This document shows, piece by piece, positions 38,298 to 48,706 of a stretch of 64,000 bases of DNA. Origin of the DNA: a virus. The number at the start of each line of letters is the position of its first letter. Within the stretch, counting starts at the first letter, position 1. The notes beneath the pieces are model-generated. The model was not told the DNA's origin. It did no database searches and saw nothing but the letters and a program-made list of their open reading frames with translations. Location of the stretch: positions 1 to 64,000 of IMG/VR virus record IMGVR_UViG_3300010885_015027; one strand, 5' to 3'. Both the position numbers and the translations under genes were made by a program.

Positions 38298-39410
38298 ATG
38301 AAACCCACCCCACTAATATTAATCGCACATAAAGATTCAAAAGTACACCACCCAAATGCTTGTCATATTGGTTTAGGTGTAACAGCCAATAACACAGCCA
38401 ATTTCTTAAACAAATATAACATTCCAGCGATAGCAGTATCTGTAATTGATGGATATGATCTTAGGGATGGATTGATAGATAATAGATGGGGAAACGTGAC
38501 ACATGTTGTTATGTGTGCGCCATTTTTTGATACACAATTCTTACATAATTTATGTTTAAAATTTCCAGATATAAGATTTACAATAACATATCACTCTAAT
38601 GCTGGATTTCTTGGTGTTGATCAATGGGCAATGGGTGTTATCGGGGAACAGATAACAGAACAATCATTATGCTCAAATTTTAATGTTTCCGTTAACAGTA
38701 AGAAATTCGCTAATGTCTTGAATAAGATATACGACACTCAACCTATAAATGTATTGCCCAATTTGTATACATTAAATTCAAATACCATTTATCCTGTTAA
38801 GAAGAAGTGGACGAATAGAAAGATTCTTAAGATTGGTACTTTTTGTGCAATCAGATCTCTTAAAAATATTCCAACAGCAGCATTTGCGGCCGCAATATTA
38901 TGTAAGAAATATGGAATTACAGTAGAATTTTGTATTATGAAAGGAAGAGAAGAAGACATATTAGCAGAAAAGATTGTCAACGGAATAGAGAGATTATTTT
39001 CTCATATTCCTAATCTAAGATTGGTACAATACGGGTGGCGTGAATGGAATGCATTTAGGGATGAAGTTGTGTCTGAGATGGATATTCTAATTCAGACTTC
39101 TTTCACAGAAAGTTTTAATATTGTGACAGCTGATGGTATTTATTGTGGTATTCCTTCTGTTGTTGGTGAAGCTATTGATTGGATTCCAAATTATTGGAAA
39201 GCAAATGTTGATGATGCAGCTGATGTTGCGAGAGTAGCAGAAAAATTAATGTTTACTGATTCTACATCAGACGACGGGTATGCGAAATTAGTCGATCATA
39301 ATAATGAAGCATTAGAATTATGGAAGGCTTGGATTACACCTCCTCACCCAGAAAAGAAGAATTGTTATATTAAGAAATTCTTTGGAAAGCTTAAAAATAT
39401 ATTTTCATGA
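38298..39410 (+). CDS. GT-B (GT4-like) glycosyltransferase
   Basis: R.LKN, SFTESFNIVTADG..GIPSV. Confidence 0.7.
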   Translation: MKPTPLILIAHKDSKVHHPNACHIGLGVTANNTANFLNKYNIPAIAVSVIDGYDLRDGLIDNRWGNVTHVVMCAPFFDTQFLHNLCLKFPDIRFTITYHSNAGFLGVDQWAMGVIGEQITEQSLCSNFNVSVNSKKFANVLNKIYDTQPINVLPNLYTLNSNTIYPVKKKWTNRKILKIGTFCAIRSLKNIPTAAFAAAILCKKYGITVEFCIMKGREEDILAEKIVNGIERLFSHIPNLRLVQYGWREWNAFRDEVVSEMDILIQTSFTESFNIVTADGIYCGIPSVVGEAIDWIPNYWKANVDDAADVARVAEKLMFTDSTSDDGYAKLVDHNNEALELWKAWITPPHPEKKNCYIKKFFGKLKNIFS

Positions 39411-39563
39411 ATCATCCATTGTCCAGAAGACTTACTAAGAATTATATACAGAAGTTCTGATTAGAAGAGCATTACTCTTAGCAACAGAAAATAATTGATG
39501 GTGTCGCTTCGGTGACACCATTCACGCATTAATACAATAAATAAATTTAGGAGGAATAATTAC

Positions 39564-40583
39564 ATGATCCTAAATTCTAAAAATCTTTCCGGAAAAGCAA
39601 AAGAACTGCAAGATCGCTTGAATTCTGTTGTTGTAGGTCAAGAAGAAGCTGTTAAAGAATTAGCAATTACTACACAAAAATTCTTCCATGGTCTATCTGA
39701 TCCTAAGAAACCAATTACATCATTATTCTTTGCGGGAAAAACTGGTTGCGGTAAAACCAAAGTTGCAGAAGAATTGGCAAAGTTTTTTGGTATAACTAAA
39801 TTCATGAAAGTTAATTGTGGTGAATTCCAACAATCTCATGAGATCGCCAAATTGATAGGTTCTCCTCCTGGTTATATTGGACACTCAGAAACTAAAGCTT
39901 TCTTCAATAAGAAAGATGTAGAAGGACATTCACCAAATATAATATTATTTGATGAAGTCGAAAAGGCTACAGATTCTCTGTTCCATTTACTCCTCTCTAT
40001 CTTAGATAAGGGTGAGATTAAATTAGGAAATAATGATGTAGTAGATTTTAAAAATTGTTTTATTATCTTCACTTCAAATATTGGTGTAGAAGAAACAAAA
40101 AATAGATCTAAGAGAATAGGTTTCTTAGATAATAAGATTGGTGAAGGTGAAGAAGACCTCCTATTGAATAAATCTATGAAATCTAAATTTCGTCCAGAAT
40201 TTATCAATAGAATCGATTCTACCATACGTTTTAACACTCTATCAAAAGATCATATGAAGAAAATTCTTGAGTTAGAATTATCCAAAATTCAATATAGAAT
40301 TATGTCTTCTAAAATTATTAAAAAGAAGATCTATTTTGTTATGAATGCAGAAACGAAAAACTGGATAATCGATGAAGGATTTTCAGAAGAATTTGGTGCT
40401 AGAAATCTTAAGAGGATTATATCTAAGGCAATAGAAATACCTCTCTCATGTGTCCTCGGAGACGGACAACTTGAATCGGGAGATGTTATTGAGATTAAAA
40501 AAATAGAAGGTGAAGAAGACCTTGTCTTCGAGAAAGCTCTGTTCAAGCGTTCCAATAATAAAATTCTATCATTAGAATACTAA
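39564..40583 (+). CDS. single-module ClpA/B/C-D2-like AAA+ ATPase with IGF loop
   Basis: VVGQEEA, GKTGCGKT, LIGSPPGYIG, LFDEVEKA, FTSNIG, RIGF, FRPEFINRID, FGARNLKR. Confidence 0.9.
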   Translation: MILNSKNLSGKAKELQDRLNSVVVGQEEAVKELAITTQKFFHGLSDPKKPITSLFFAGKTGCGKTKVAEELAKFFGITKFMKVNCGEFQQSHEIAKLIGSPPGYIGHSETKAFFNKKDVEGHSPNIILFDEVEKATDSLFHLLLSILDKGEIKLGNNDVVDFKNCFIIFTSNIGVEETKNRSKRIGFLDNKIGEGEEDLLLNKSMKSKFRPEFINRIDSTIRFNTLSKDHMKKILELELSKIQYRIMSSKIIKKKIYFVMNAETKNWIIDEGFSEEFGARNLKRIISKAIEIPLSCVLGDGQLESGDVIEIKKIEGEEDLVFEKALFKRSNNKILSLEY

Positions 40584-42298
40584 TCCACAGTTATTTTTGT
40601 GAAACCAGCGACTTTCGTGAATCTCAATATTCTGTCAAACTTATCTGTTATGTCCATTTTATGAGAAATAACGAAAGTGTTGGTTTCATCTTTACTAGAT
40701 GTCAAGATTTTCAAGAATTCGTCTATTCCCAATGAATCCAGTGATGAATCAAGAATCTCATCCAGGAGCAACAGATTAGTATTTGCTGCATTCTTCATCT
40801 TAGAAATTTCTCTCCAAGTAAACAGGATTGCAAGATCAATTCTCAGCTTCTCCCCTTCAGAAAATGAATGATACGTGAACGATTCCTTAGTTTTATTCTT
40901 AATCACTTCATCGAAATTTTCATCTAATGTGAAACTAACATAGAATTCCATTAATTGTAGATACTTGTTGATAATCTTATTCATTACAGGAAGATAATGG
41001 CGAATAATCTTAGTCTTGATTCCATCATCTTTCAATAGAATTGAAGCTATGGACTGTAGATGTTGTTTAGACAAACAAACATTGCGCTCTTCAGTTAGAT
41101 TATCTAGTTCCTTCTTGATTAGAGAAGAATCTTCTTGAATCTTTCGCAAATCTTCTTGTTTCTTATTATGAAGATCTTTTATTTGCTTTGATAATTTTTT
41201 AATATATGCGTTGATAGAAGTCGTCTCGAATTCTTTCTGGGCAATTTCAATTTTTCTTGTTTTAACAACTTCTAGACTTTCATTAATAACATCTATTTCC
41301 CTAGAGATAATAGACATTTCAGTAGTACAAGAATCTAATGTTTTGGTATACTTTAATAGATCTGTATTATGATTCTGAAGACTTTCTTGTTTAAAAGATT
41401 CTGGGATAGATTGTGTACACGTTGGACAATTATCATTAAGGTTAAAGAACCGAATCTCTTTATTCAAGTTCTTCATCTTTTCTTTAAATGTTGCCGAGTA
41501 TTGTGATAATTGTGATATCTTCTCAGTAAGTTTAGATAATTTAGAATCATTAATAATGATCTCTTGTATCTGATTCTGTAGGTCTTTAATCGATTCTTCT
41601 TTTGAAGATAATTGTAAGGTATTCCGTTGTATTTCTTTTTCGATTTCTAAGATTTGATTATCTAGATTTGACGAAGAATCTGTTAACAGATTCGTGTGAA
41701 TCTTAATCTTCTCTTTTGTGAGATCTAAACGATATGATGCGTGTGTCAGATCTTCTTTTGTTTTCGATATCTTTGACTTGAGAATAACATTCATCTTAGA
41801 GAAAATATCAATGTCCAAAAGATTCTCTACAATATTCCTTCTGTCGAATGGTGATAACTTCATGAACGGCATGTAAGTTGAACTTCCAATAACAATAATT
41901 TGTGTGAATGTTTTGTAATTCATCTTCAAGATATTTGTTTCAAGGAACTCTTGATAGTCTTTAGACATAGCATCTTGATTTAATAATTTCTTATTCTCAA
42001 AGATCTCAAAGATATTCGGTTTCATACCACGTCTGACTAGATATGAATCCGAATTGATTGTGAAAGTAATCTCAATTAAAAGATCAGAATTATTAGTTGA
42101 GTTAATGAGCTGCGGTTTATTAATTTTTCTGAACGGTTTACCATAGAGAACAAATGTCAGGGCATCAAGGATAGAACTTTTACCTTCCCCATTTTTTCCA
42201 ATGCAGATATTAGTTTTAGAAGAATTCAAAACAACTTCGTTGAATGTATTACCAGTAGATAAGATATTCTTGTATTTAATTTTTTCAAAGACGATCAT
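40580..42298 (-). CDS. 46: recombination nuclease ATPase subunit gp46
   Basis: GKNGEGKS, CPTC hook, FSEGEK, LLDE, ISH. Confidence 0.96.
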   Translation of the reverse strand: MIVFEKIKYKNILSTGNTFNEVVLNSSKTNICIGKNGEGKSSILDALTFVLYGKPFRKINKPQLINSTNNSDLLIEITFTINSDSYLVRRGMKPNIFEIFENKKLLNQDAMSKDYQEFLETNILKMNYKTFTQIIVIGSSTYMPFMKLSPFDRRNIVENLLDIDIFSKMNVILKSKISKTKEDLTHASYRLDLTKEKIKIHTNLLTDSSSNLDNQILEIEKEIQRNTLQLSSKEESIKDLQNQIQEIIINDSKLSKLTEKISQLSQYSATFKEKMKNLNKEIRFFNLNDNCPTCTQSIPESFKQESLQNHNTDLLKYTKTLDSCTTEMSIISREIDVINESLEVVKTRKIEIAQKEFETTSINAYIKKLSKQIKDLHNKKQEDLRKIQEDSSLIKKELDNLTEERNVCLSKQHLQSIASILLKDDGIKTKIIRHYLPVMNKIINKYLQLMEFYVSFTLDENFDEVIKNKTKESFTYHSFSEGEKLRIDLAILFTWREISKMKNAANTNLLLLDEILDSSLDSLGIDEFLKILTSSKDETNTFVISHKMDITDKFDRILRFTKVAGFTKITVD

Positions 42299-43353
42299 GA
42301 TTTAACAGCCTCGATATATAGATCTGATAAGAGTATCTCTAGCTCTTTAATTTTATCTTCATCTGGAATCAAATCTGTGTAATCAGATATAGAATTCTTC
42401 AATAGAGTTAATGTATCTTCAGATAAATCTGCAACTTCTTCAGAAGATTCAATTTCTAGATATTGTTCTGCATAGATAACTGATTGTGGATTAGATTCTG
42501 TTAATCTATCACAATATCTATCGAAAAATAATGGATTCGTTTTCGATTTAATCAAGACTTTTACGAATGTCTTTTCATATGACTTATAGCGAGTATCAGA
42601 GTACAGAACATCTTGAAGCTTCTGCGCAGAAGAATCATCATAATATAATTTATAGAATAATTTATAAGGGTTCTCAATAAAAGTCAACTCAGTTGTTTCT
42701 GTATCTAAGATATGAAATCCTTTCACATCATCAACATCATTGAACATTAAATCCCAAGGACACCCTAGATAATAGATATTAGAAGAATTGTTTTTTGCAT
42801 GAAAGTGACCAGATAAGACTAGATCATAATTATAGAAGATATCTGAAGAGAGACCATGATCGCAGACAGCTCCCTTGAACATGGTGTATCCTTTAACTTC
42901 AAGATGACCAAGAAGGATATTTGCTTTCGATTTAGATATCGTCTCTAGAACTTCTTTCTGTCTATCTTCTGTAATCCATGGAACATAGATTAGATTATCT
43001 TCTTCATAAACATCGTCGAAAATTCGAATATTGTCATAATCACTTAATAGAAGATCAGGGGAATTAATGTCATTTGTATTCTTGAAATAAGTATCATGAT
43101 TGCCTATGATAATATCCATAGTCGCAACTTCTGCAATTCTATCGAAGAATGAAGACCTGGCCCAAGTCAAGGTGTTGAAGTTTACGAATTTCCTGCGATC
43201 AAACGTGTCACCAAGATGGATAATCTTGTCAATTCCTTTTTGTTTCAATGTTGGAAAGAAAATATTATCTAAGAAGCGATCGAAATATTCGTAGAACAGA
43301 GGCGAATCATTTTTAATACCAAAATGTGTGTCCGTGATCAAAGCTACTAACAT
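42295..43353 (-). CDS. 47: recombination nuclease subunit gp47
   Basis: DTHFG, GDTFDRRK, GNHD, GHLE, SGHFH. Confidence 0.96.
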   Translation of the reverse strand: MLVALITDTHFGIKNDSPLFYEYFDRFLDNIFFPTLKQKGIDKIIHLGDTFDRRKFVNFNTLTWARSSFFDRIAEVATMDIIIGNHDTYFKNTNDINSPDLLLSDYDNIRIFDDVYEEDNLIYVPWITEDRQKEVLETISKSKANILLGHLEVKGYTMFKGAVCDHGLSSDIFYNYDLVLSGHFHAKNNSSNIYYLGCPWDLMFNDVDDVKGFHILDTETTELTFIENPYKLFYKLYYDDSSAQKLQDVLYSDTRYKSYEKTFVKVLIKSKTNPLFFDRYCDRLTESNPQSVIYAEQYLEIESSEEVADLSEDTLTLLKNSISDYTDLIPDEDKIKELEILLSDLYIEAVKS

Positions 43354-43890
43354 TTATTCCATGAACTCCTCTAACTTTGTTAGATTCTGAATCACTTCTT
43401 TGATTTTCTTTCTTCTTAATTGCCTTTCTTCATATTTCTGGATAATATGATGAGTATTCTCATTTAAAACTGATTTATTGAGATTAACGAATTTCTTTGA
43501 TTCCATCTTATGATCTGTGAACAGAGGAGAAGCTTCTAAAGACTTAAATTTAACGTATGTCTCAGTGGACTCCTGTTCAATTCTTCGTAAGAAGGCATAC
43601 CAAATAATCTTAGAGAAATATCCGAATGGATTCTTTGAAAGCTTCTCATTAAAGTTATGAAGATAAAGAAGGCAATTCTGAATTGCGTCACCTATCATAT
43701 CTTCTTTAAAAGTGTATCCAGAAAAATTCGGTCTCTTTGCAATATTCTCTGTTATCTTAAGAAGACACTCACCAATGTATTCAGGAACTCGTGGTTTTGG
43801 TGATTCTGATCTTAGAGCTTCAGCAATTTCAATTTTATAAGATATAAGTGCTTCTAAAAATTCTATATTATTTACATAATCTCGTGACAT
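43354..43890 (-). CDS. 55: late sigma factor gp55
   Basis: YVNN.EF, EYIGEC, PNFSGYT, MIGD, NPFGYF, AFLRRI. Confidence 0.95.
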   Translation of the reverse strand: MSRDYVNNIEFLEALISYKIEIAEALRSESPKPRVPEYIGECLLKITENIAKRPNFSGYTFKEDMIGDAIQNCLLYLHNFNEKLSKNPFGYFSKIIWYAFLRRIEQESTETYVKFKSLEASPLFTDHKMESKKFVNLNKSVLNENTHHIIQKYEERQLRRKKIKEVIQNLTKLEEFME

Positions 43891-43972
43891 TATATGATTC
43901 TCCAGCACATACAGTATATTTATATTATAGCTGTTTTACGCAAAAATGTCAAGATCGTGTTTTCATATTTCT

Positions 43973-44491
43973 CTACACCGCAATGTTATTTTTGAATATA
44001 ATGTATTTACTATTATCTCTGATAGATGTCTTGTCAAATTGTCCGCTTTTACCATCTATATAGAAACCACTAGGATCGAGTATCTCATTTCTCAAGATCT
44101 CCACCCAACTGTGTGGAATTAATTTGAATTCATTCTCTAATCCATTATCTTGAACCCATAGCTTAATTGATTCCACGGAATCAGGATCGAACCCAGAATC
44201 TATCATTTTTCTTCTGTCAGAATTAGTTAATGCGTCTGGGGTATATTCTGGCGAGTCAGATAGAAACCAACCATTTTGTTTAAATCCATTCTTATCAATA
44301 TATCCAGTTTTGACTATCTCATTATTCATCTTCTTTCTATAGAGAAATTCGGAAAGATCTTTACTGGCTATTCCACAACCACCTCGTATAAAATAATCCT
44401 TGAGATAATCCTCATGCTCATTCCAAAAATCAATTAGATTCTTATTAAATGCAGTATTTTCTTTGAGGAATTGTTTGAAAGATTTAGGCAT
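43973..44491 (-). CDS. putative head-internal protein with transglutaminase/papain-like C-H-D motifs
   Basis: Leader MPKSFKQFLKE; GGCGIAS, HSWVE, ILDP. Confidence 0.6.
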   Translation of the reverse strand: MPKSFKQFLKENTAFNKNLIDFWNEHEDYLKDYFIRGGCGIASKDLSEFLYRKKMNNEIVKTGYIDKNGFKQNGWFLSDSPEYTPDALTNSDRRKMIDSGFDPDSVESIKLWVQDNGLENEFKLIPHSWVEILRNEILDPSGFYIDGKSGQFDKTSIRDNSKYIIFKNNIAV

Positions 44492-44499
44492 ATAAATAT

Positions 44500-44871
44500 T
44501 CAGTTTTTCACAAAAGTAGAAAAGAGATTAATCAATAGTGTTAAGAAAGATAAGCCACCGATGATCATCCACTTAGATTTTTCTAATTCAGTTATTCGTG
44601 TTTCAATTGTCGTCTTTTCGGATTGCATCTTAATTTTTACTTCATCAATTTCTTCCCAAACATATCTAAAATTCGTTTCCGAATCTGTGATTTTTTGTTG
44701 ATGTTGTGATGTGATTAATGTGATATTGTTTATAAGTTCTTGGATCTTATCGTTTGTGGTGTCTAATTTATCGACTAATTTCTGAAATTGTTGAATATCT
44801 TTCTTTATTAATTCAACTTGAACTTTAATTTCTTGGATATCTTTTTCCATTTGTTCTAGACCTATATTCAT
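44500..44871 (-). CDS. coiled-coil protein with C-terminal TM
   Basis: RITELEKSKWMIIGG followed by a hydrophobic tail. Confidence 0.65.
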   Translation of the reverse strand: MNIGLEQMEKDIQEIKVQVELIKKDIQQFQKLVDKLDTTNDKIQELINNITLITSQHQQKITDSETNFRYVWEEIDEVKIKMQSEKTTIETRITELEKSKWMIIGGLSFLTLLINLFSTFVKN

Positions 44872-44878
44872 TATACAC

Positions 44879-45877
44879 CTACTTCGAAAATGCAAGTTTT
44901 CTTTTGAAGATTTTAAATGTTAGAGGTTTTGCGTAAGTGGCAATATTTGCTGTTGAATTCGCAGGGATATCTTCTGTTCGTACTGTCTTCTGATATTTTT
45001 CAATATCTTTTAACAGTTTTTCTATACTATCACCATTTCTAATTAATTTATATTTAATATCTTTCTTATCTGATTTTCCCAAAAGATCATAGTTGAAATA
45101 TTTAACATCATCTAATGATATAGAGTGGTTGAAAATTTTGTATATATCTAGAGACTTTGTCCTAATATAATTCTTAATATTGTCTACACCTTTCACAATT
45201 AAATCTTTATCAGTTAATGTAGTACATTGAATATTTAGCACTGCATGACCGTCTAATGAAAATTTTATATAGCCATCATCATAAGCTGCAAATTTCCCTC
45301 CACTTGTTTTTGAATATTTGTTATAGAGGGAATCATGATTATACCACTCACCATATGCTATTCTCATAGTTTCATCTGGGAGCAACAAAGCACCGTTCGG
45401 TTTAATCCATCCCCAAAATTTATACCAATCACTCATTTCAAATCGTTCTCTAAGTGGTTCGACTTCTTCATGAGACAGAATTAGATTAAAATTTGGTGGG
45501 AACAACAGAGGTAGGATATTTTCATTTGCTTCGGCATTATATGAAATTGTTATGTGTGGTTTGTAAGTATCATAGTCATAAGAAGCACCAGCATCTAATG
45601 CTGATTTATGTATTTCTTCTAATTCGTCTGAAGTCACTTCTAGAACTAAAGCACGACCATAAGTTGCAATAGAAAACTCTTTATAATCTAATATAATATT
45701 AGTCTTGTTTGATGGTAATATTTCTCGTTTAGGATCAACTTTGGAATAAGTAGTTGTTATGTGTAAATCTTTTGTATCTATCGGTTCGATAATTTCAGAA
45801 TCAATTATCCATTCAGCCACCATCTCTGCCGATGCCTGAGTTAATTTGAAACTGCCATAAACGCCTTCTAGTATCAT
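44879..45877 (-). CDS. acb1: Acb1 (T4 57B-like) 2H phosphodiesterase fused to a GWI.P.G domain
   Basis: LHITTTYS and GASYDYDTYKPHITISYN match the two HxT motifs of Acb1 as recalled. Confidence 0.85.
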   Translation of the reverse strand: MILEGVYGSFKLTQASAEMVAEWIIDSEIIEPIDTKDLHITTTYSKVDPKREILPSNKTNIILDYKEFSIATYGRALVLEVTSDELEEIHKSALDAGASYDYDTYKPHITISYNAEANENILPLLFPPNFNLILSHEEVEPLRERFEMSDWYKFWGWIKPNGALLLPDETMRIAYGEWYNHDSLYNKYSKTSGGKFAAYDDGYIKFSLDGHAVLNIQCTTLTDKDLIVKGVDNIKNYIRTKSLDIYKIFNHSISLDDVKYFNYDLLGKSDKKDIKYKLIRNGDSIEKLLKDIEKYQKTVRTEDIPANSTANIATYAKPLTFKIFKRKLAFSK

Positions 45878-46263
45878 TACATTTCCTTTAATTTTTCTAA
45901 TAAATTGTTATCTATCGATATTGATGATGGTGTTATTGTTCTACCATTTATTCCTATTATTTCATGTGGCATCAATGATAGATATAATAATATAGTTGCT
46001 AATGCATTCCACGAAGAATCGGAAAATTCGGTGAATAGAATCTTGGAAGTCGCTTCTCCAGGAAAAACATTATGGATGCATATTATATGATTTATCAGAA
46101 TACGAATATTAATTTTCTTGTTATTTAAGTATTTATATAACAGTGTCTTTAGGTATTTGATTCTAAGATAATCTTCTTCGAATTCTAAAAACGAAGCGCA
46201 GCCAGGATTTCGGTAAACACTGGCTGCGTATAATTTAACATTATCTTTTGTAAGATTGATCAT
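45877..46263 (-). CDS. conserved T4-like hypothetical protein
   Basis: LT.DN..LYA...Y.NP.C...EFEED..RIKY..ILINHII..NVF. Confidence 0.75.
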   Translation of the reverse strand: MINLTKDNVKLYAASVYRNPGCASFLEFEEDYLRIKYLKTLLYKYLNNKKINIRILINHIICIHNVFPGEATSKILFTEFSDSSWNALATILLYLSLMPHEIIGINGRTITPSSISIDNNLLEKLKEM

Positions 46264-46294
46264 TATTAGAGACTAGGATTGTTAATGACTATCA

Positions 46295-47491
46295 TTACGA
46301 TTTCTCTAAAGATTTAAACATATCATCATATCTATCTTTATAATACGATGTTCGATTAATCATTTGTTCTCCTGCCGGAAATCTTGATTTGATGATTTCT
46401 GTAGCATAATAGAATGCAGCGAAACCATATTGTGCAATTATTGGTTCTGCTTCAGGAAAAGGTTCTTGTGATATATATTGAATATAAGTTATGATATAAG
46501 CAATGTCATTGGATTTAACTAGTTCTGATTCAACGGTCTTTCTATATTGCGCAGAGAGAAAATAAGGTTTAATAAAATTGATAATTCTTATTGATGGATC
46601 GGAGTGCTCGTCACTTAAGACATATACAATCAATCTGTCAATATTTGAAAGCATAAAATCGACACCATCTTTAAATACAATTCCATCTGGTAGCAATAGT
46701 TGATATGTAAGTATGTTTTCGATTCTTGTATCTACAGACATCGAATTCGTTAGTAAAAACTTTTGTAAAGTTTTATGTAATGAGATATCATCGTTATATT
46801 CTCGTTCAGTAATAGGGTTCCTTTGCCTTCGCATAATAAATTTGAGGAATAATCGATCAGGAGATGAATCTTTAATCGCTTTAATTTTGTCTATGAACGG
46901 TTTATAACTTCGAATAATATCATCAAATTTCAGTTTAGTTTGAATTCCAAATTCGTATTCTGTTATTTGTTTATCTTTCTTATCAAAAAAATTAAGTAAG
47001 TCGTCCATATCACCAGGGGAAGTTGGTATTGTTATTGCCCATTTTTCTTTCTTATCATTTAAACAAAAAATTAGATTAATACCACCAGAATAAAAATATT
47101 GATTAAAATAATCGTGTTCTCTTTTTGAGACACACCAGTCCGTCCCAGTTCCATGATAACAACTAGATTCTTTATCTAGAGGAATTATAATATTCCAACC
47201 AGCAGATCTTTGTTCGGGTGTTGTTATATCAATCGATTTACCAGAATCTTTTTTTACGGAAGATTTAGTAACTTCGACCTGTTTTTTATCCACAAATTCT
47301 TTAAAATTAGAGAATGGTTTCTTGGCCCAAAAATCAATATTCTTCTCTTCACCAGCTAATTTTTGTTTGTTAGAGAGTTCCTTGAACTTCTTAATATAAT
47401 CATCAACTTGAGCCTTGTCGATTCCAGAAGCAACGAATTTCAAGGCTGTTGTTTTGTAATCTTCATCGATAAAGGATTTAAATGATAGCAT
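46295..47491 (-). CDS. putative head-internal protein, paralog A (GTDWC domain plus helical repeat tail)
   Basis: MLSFKSFIDE leader; SCYHGTGTDWCVS; FPEAEPIIA/RFPAGE repeats. Confidence 0.7.
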   Translation of the reverse strand: MLSFKSFIDEDYKTTALKFVASGIDKAQVDDYIKKFKELSNKQKLAGEEKNIDFWAKKPFSNFKEFVDKKQVEVTKSSVKKDSGKSIDITTPEQRSAGWNIIIPLDKESSCYHGTGTDWCVSKREHDYFNQYFYSGGINLIFCLNDKKEKWAITIPTSPGDMDDLLNFFDKKDKQITEYEFGIQTKLKFDDIIRSYKPFIDKIKAIKDSSPDRLFLKFIMRRQRNPITEREYNDDISLHKTLQKFLLTNSMSVDTRIENILTYQLLLPDGIVFKDGVDFMLSNIDRLIVYVLSDEHSDPSIRIINFIKPYFLSAQYRKTVESELVKSNDIAYIITYIQYISQEPFPEAEPIIAQYGFAAFYYATEIIKSRFPAGEQMINRTSYYKDRYDDMFKSLEKS

Positions 47492-48671
47492 TGTATTTCT
47501 CCAAAATTTCGTTGCCAGTTACCCTAGTATTCCCCGAGACCTCAGTATTCCCCGAGACCAATGCGTTGCCAGAGACCCGAGCGTTCCCAGAGACTTTAGA
47601 GTTCCCAGAGACTTTAGAGTTCCCAGAGACTCGAGCGTACCCAAAGACCTGAGCGTACCCAAAGACCTGAGCGTCATCAAGGACTATAGTGTATCCAAAG
47701 ACCTTAGCCTTCCCAAAGACCTGAGATCTCCCAGCGACCCCAGCGGATCCAGAGACCTCTGCGTTCCCAGAGACCTCTGCGAGCCCATAGATCTCTGCGA
47801 ACCCAAATACCTGAGAACTCCCAGAGACCAATGAATTCCCAGAGACCCGAGGGTTCCCATAGACCTCAGCTTTCCCAGATACAATAGCGTAAGGACCAAC
47901 GTAAGCAGTATCAGAAACCTTAGCAGTATTCTCGACCCAGCCTCCTCCGTTGGGATGACGGTGCCAAGTCTCAAGAGTAGCGTCAGGAAACTTAGTTTTC
48001 AACTCTTCTAACTTCGCAAGATTTATCTTGTTAAATTTAAGCGTTTTAATTTTGTCTATGTACGGTTTATAACTTCTAAAAATATCAGCGAATTCCAGCT
48101 CAGTTTGTTTTTCGAATTCTAATTCTGATATTTGTTTATCATTAATATCATAAAAAATAATTGTTTTTTCGTTAGATTGTATTTCTATTGCCCATTTTTC
48201 TTTCTTTTTCTTGTCATTCAAACAAAAAATTAAATTAGAATTATACTCATAAAAATATTGATTAAAGTAATCATATTTTCTTTTAGCAACACACCAATCT
48301 GACATACAGTCTAAGTTTCCATAATAAACACTTGCTTTTTTATCTAGTGGAATTATAATATTCCAACCAGCAGATCTTTGTTCGGGTGTTGTTATATTAA
48401 ATGAAGTACCTTGATCTTTCTTCTCAACTTTCTTGTTCGCAACAACAGCAACTTCTTTTTCTTTTGTATCTACGAATTCTTCAAATTCAGAGAACGTCTT
48501 CTTAGCCCAAAAATCAATATTCTTCTCTTCACCAGCTAGTTTTTGTTTGTTAGAAAGTTCCTTGAACTTCTTAATATAATCATCAACTTGGCCTTTATCA
48601 ATACCAGAAGCAACGAATTTCAAGGCTGTTGTTTTATAATCTTCATCGATAAAGGATTTAAATGATAGCAT
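47478..48671 (-). CDS. putative head-internal protein, paralog B, fused to the hexapeptide-repeat module
   Basis: N-half paralogous to 46295; C-half FPDATLETWH..VSGNA repeats. Confidence 0.8.
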   Translation of the reverse strand: MLSFKSFIDEDYKTTALKFVASGIDKGQVDDYIKKFKELSNKQKLAGEEKNIDFWAKKTFSEFEEFVDTKEKEVAVVANKKVEKKDQGTSFNITTPEQRSAGWNIIIPLDKKASVYYGNLDCMSDWCVAKRKYDYFNQYFYEYNSNLIFCLNDKKKKEKWAIEIQSNEKTIIFYDINDKQISELEFEKQTELEFADIFRSYKPYIDKIKTLKFNKINLAKLEELKTKFPDATLETWHRHPNGGGWVENTAKVSDTAYVGPYAIVSGKAEVYGNPRVSGNSLVSGSSQVFGFAEIYGLAEVSGNAEVSGSAGVAGRSQVFGKAKVFGYTIVLDDAQVFGYAQVFGYARVSGNSKVSGNSKVSGNARVSGNALVSGNTEVSGNTRVTGNEILEKYNAII

Positions 48672-48706
48672 TATTGATTTTTCTCCATTTATATTTTCCG
48701 GACAGA

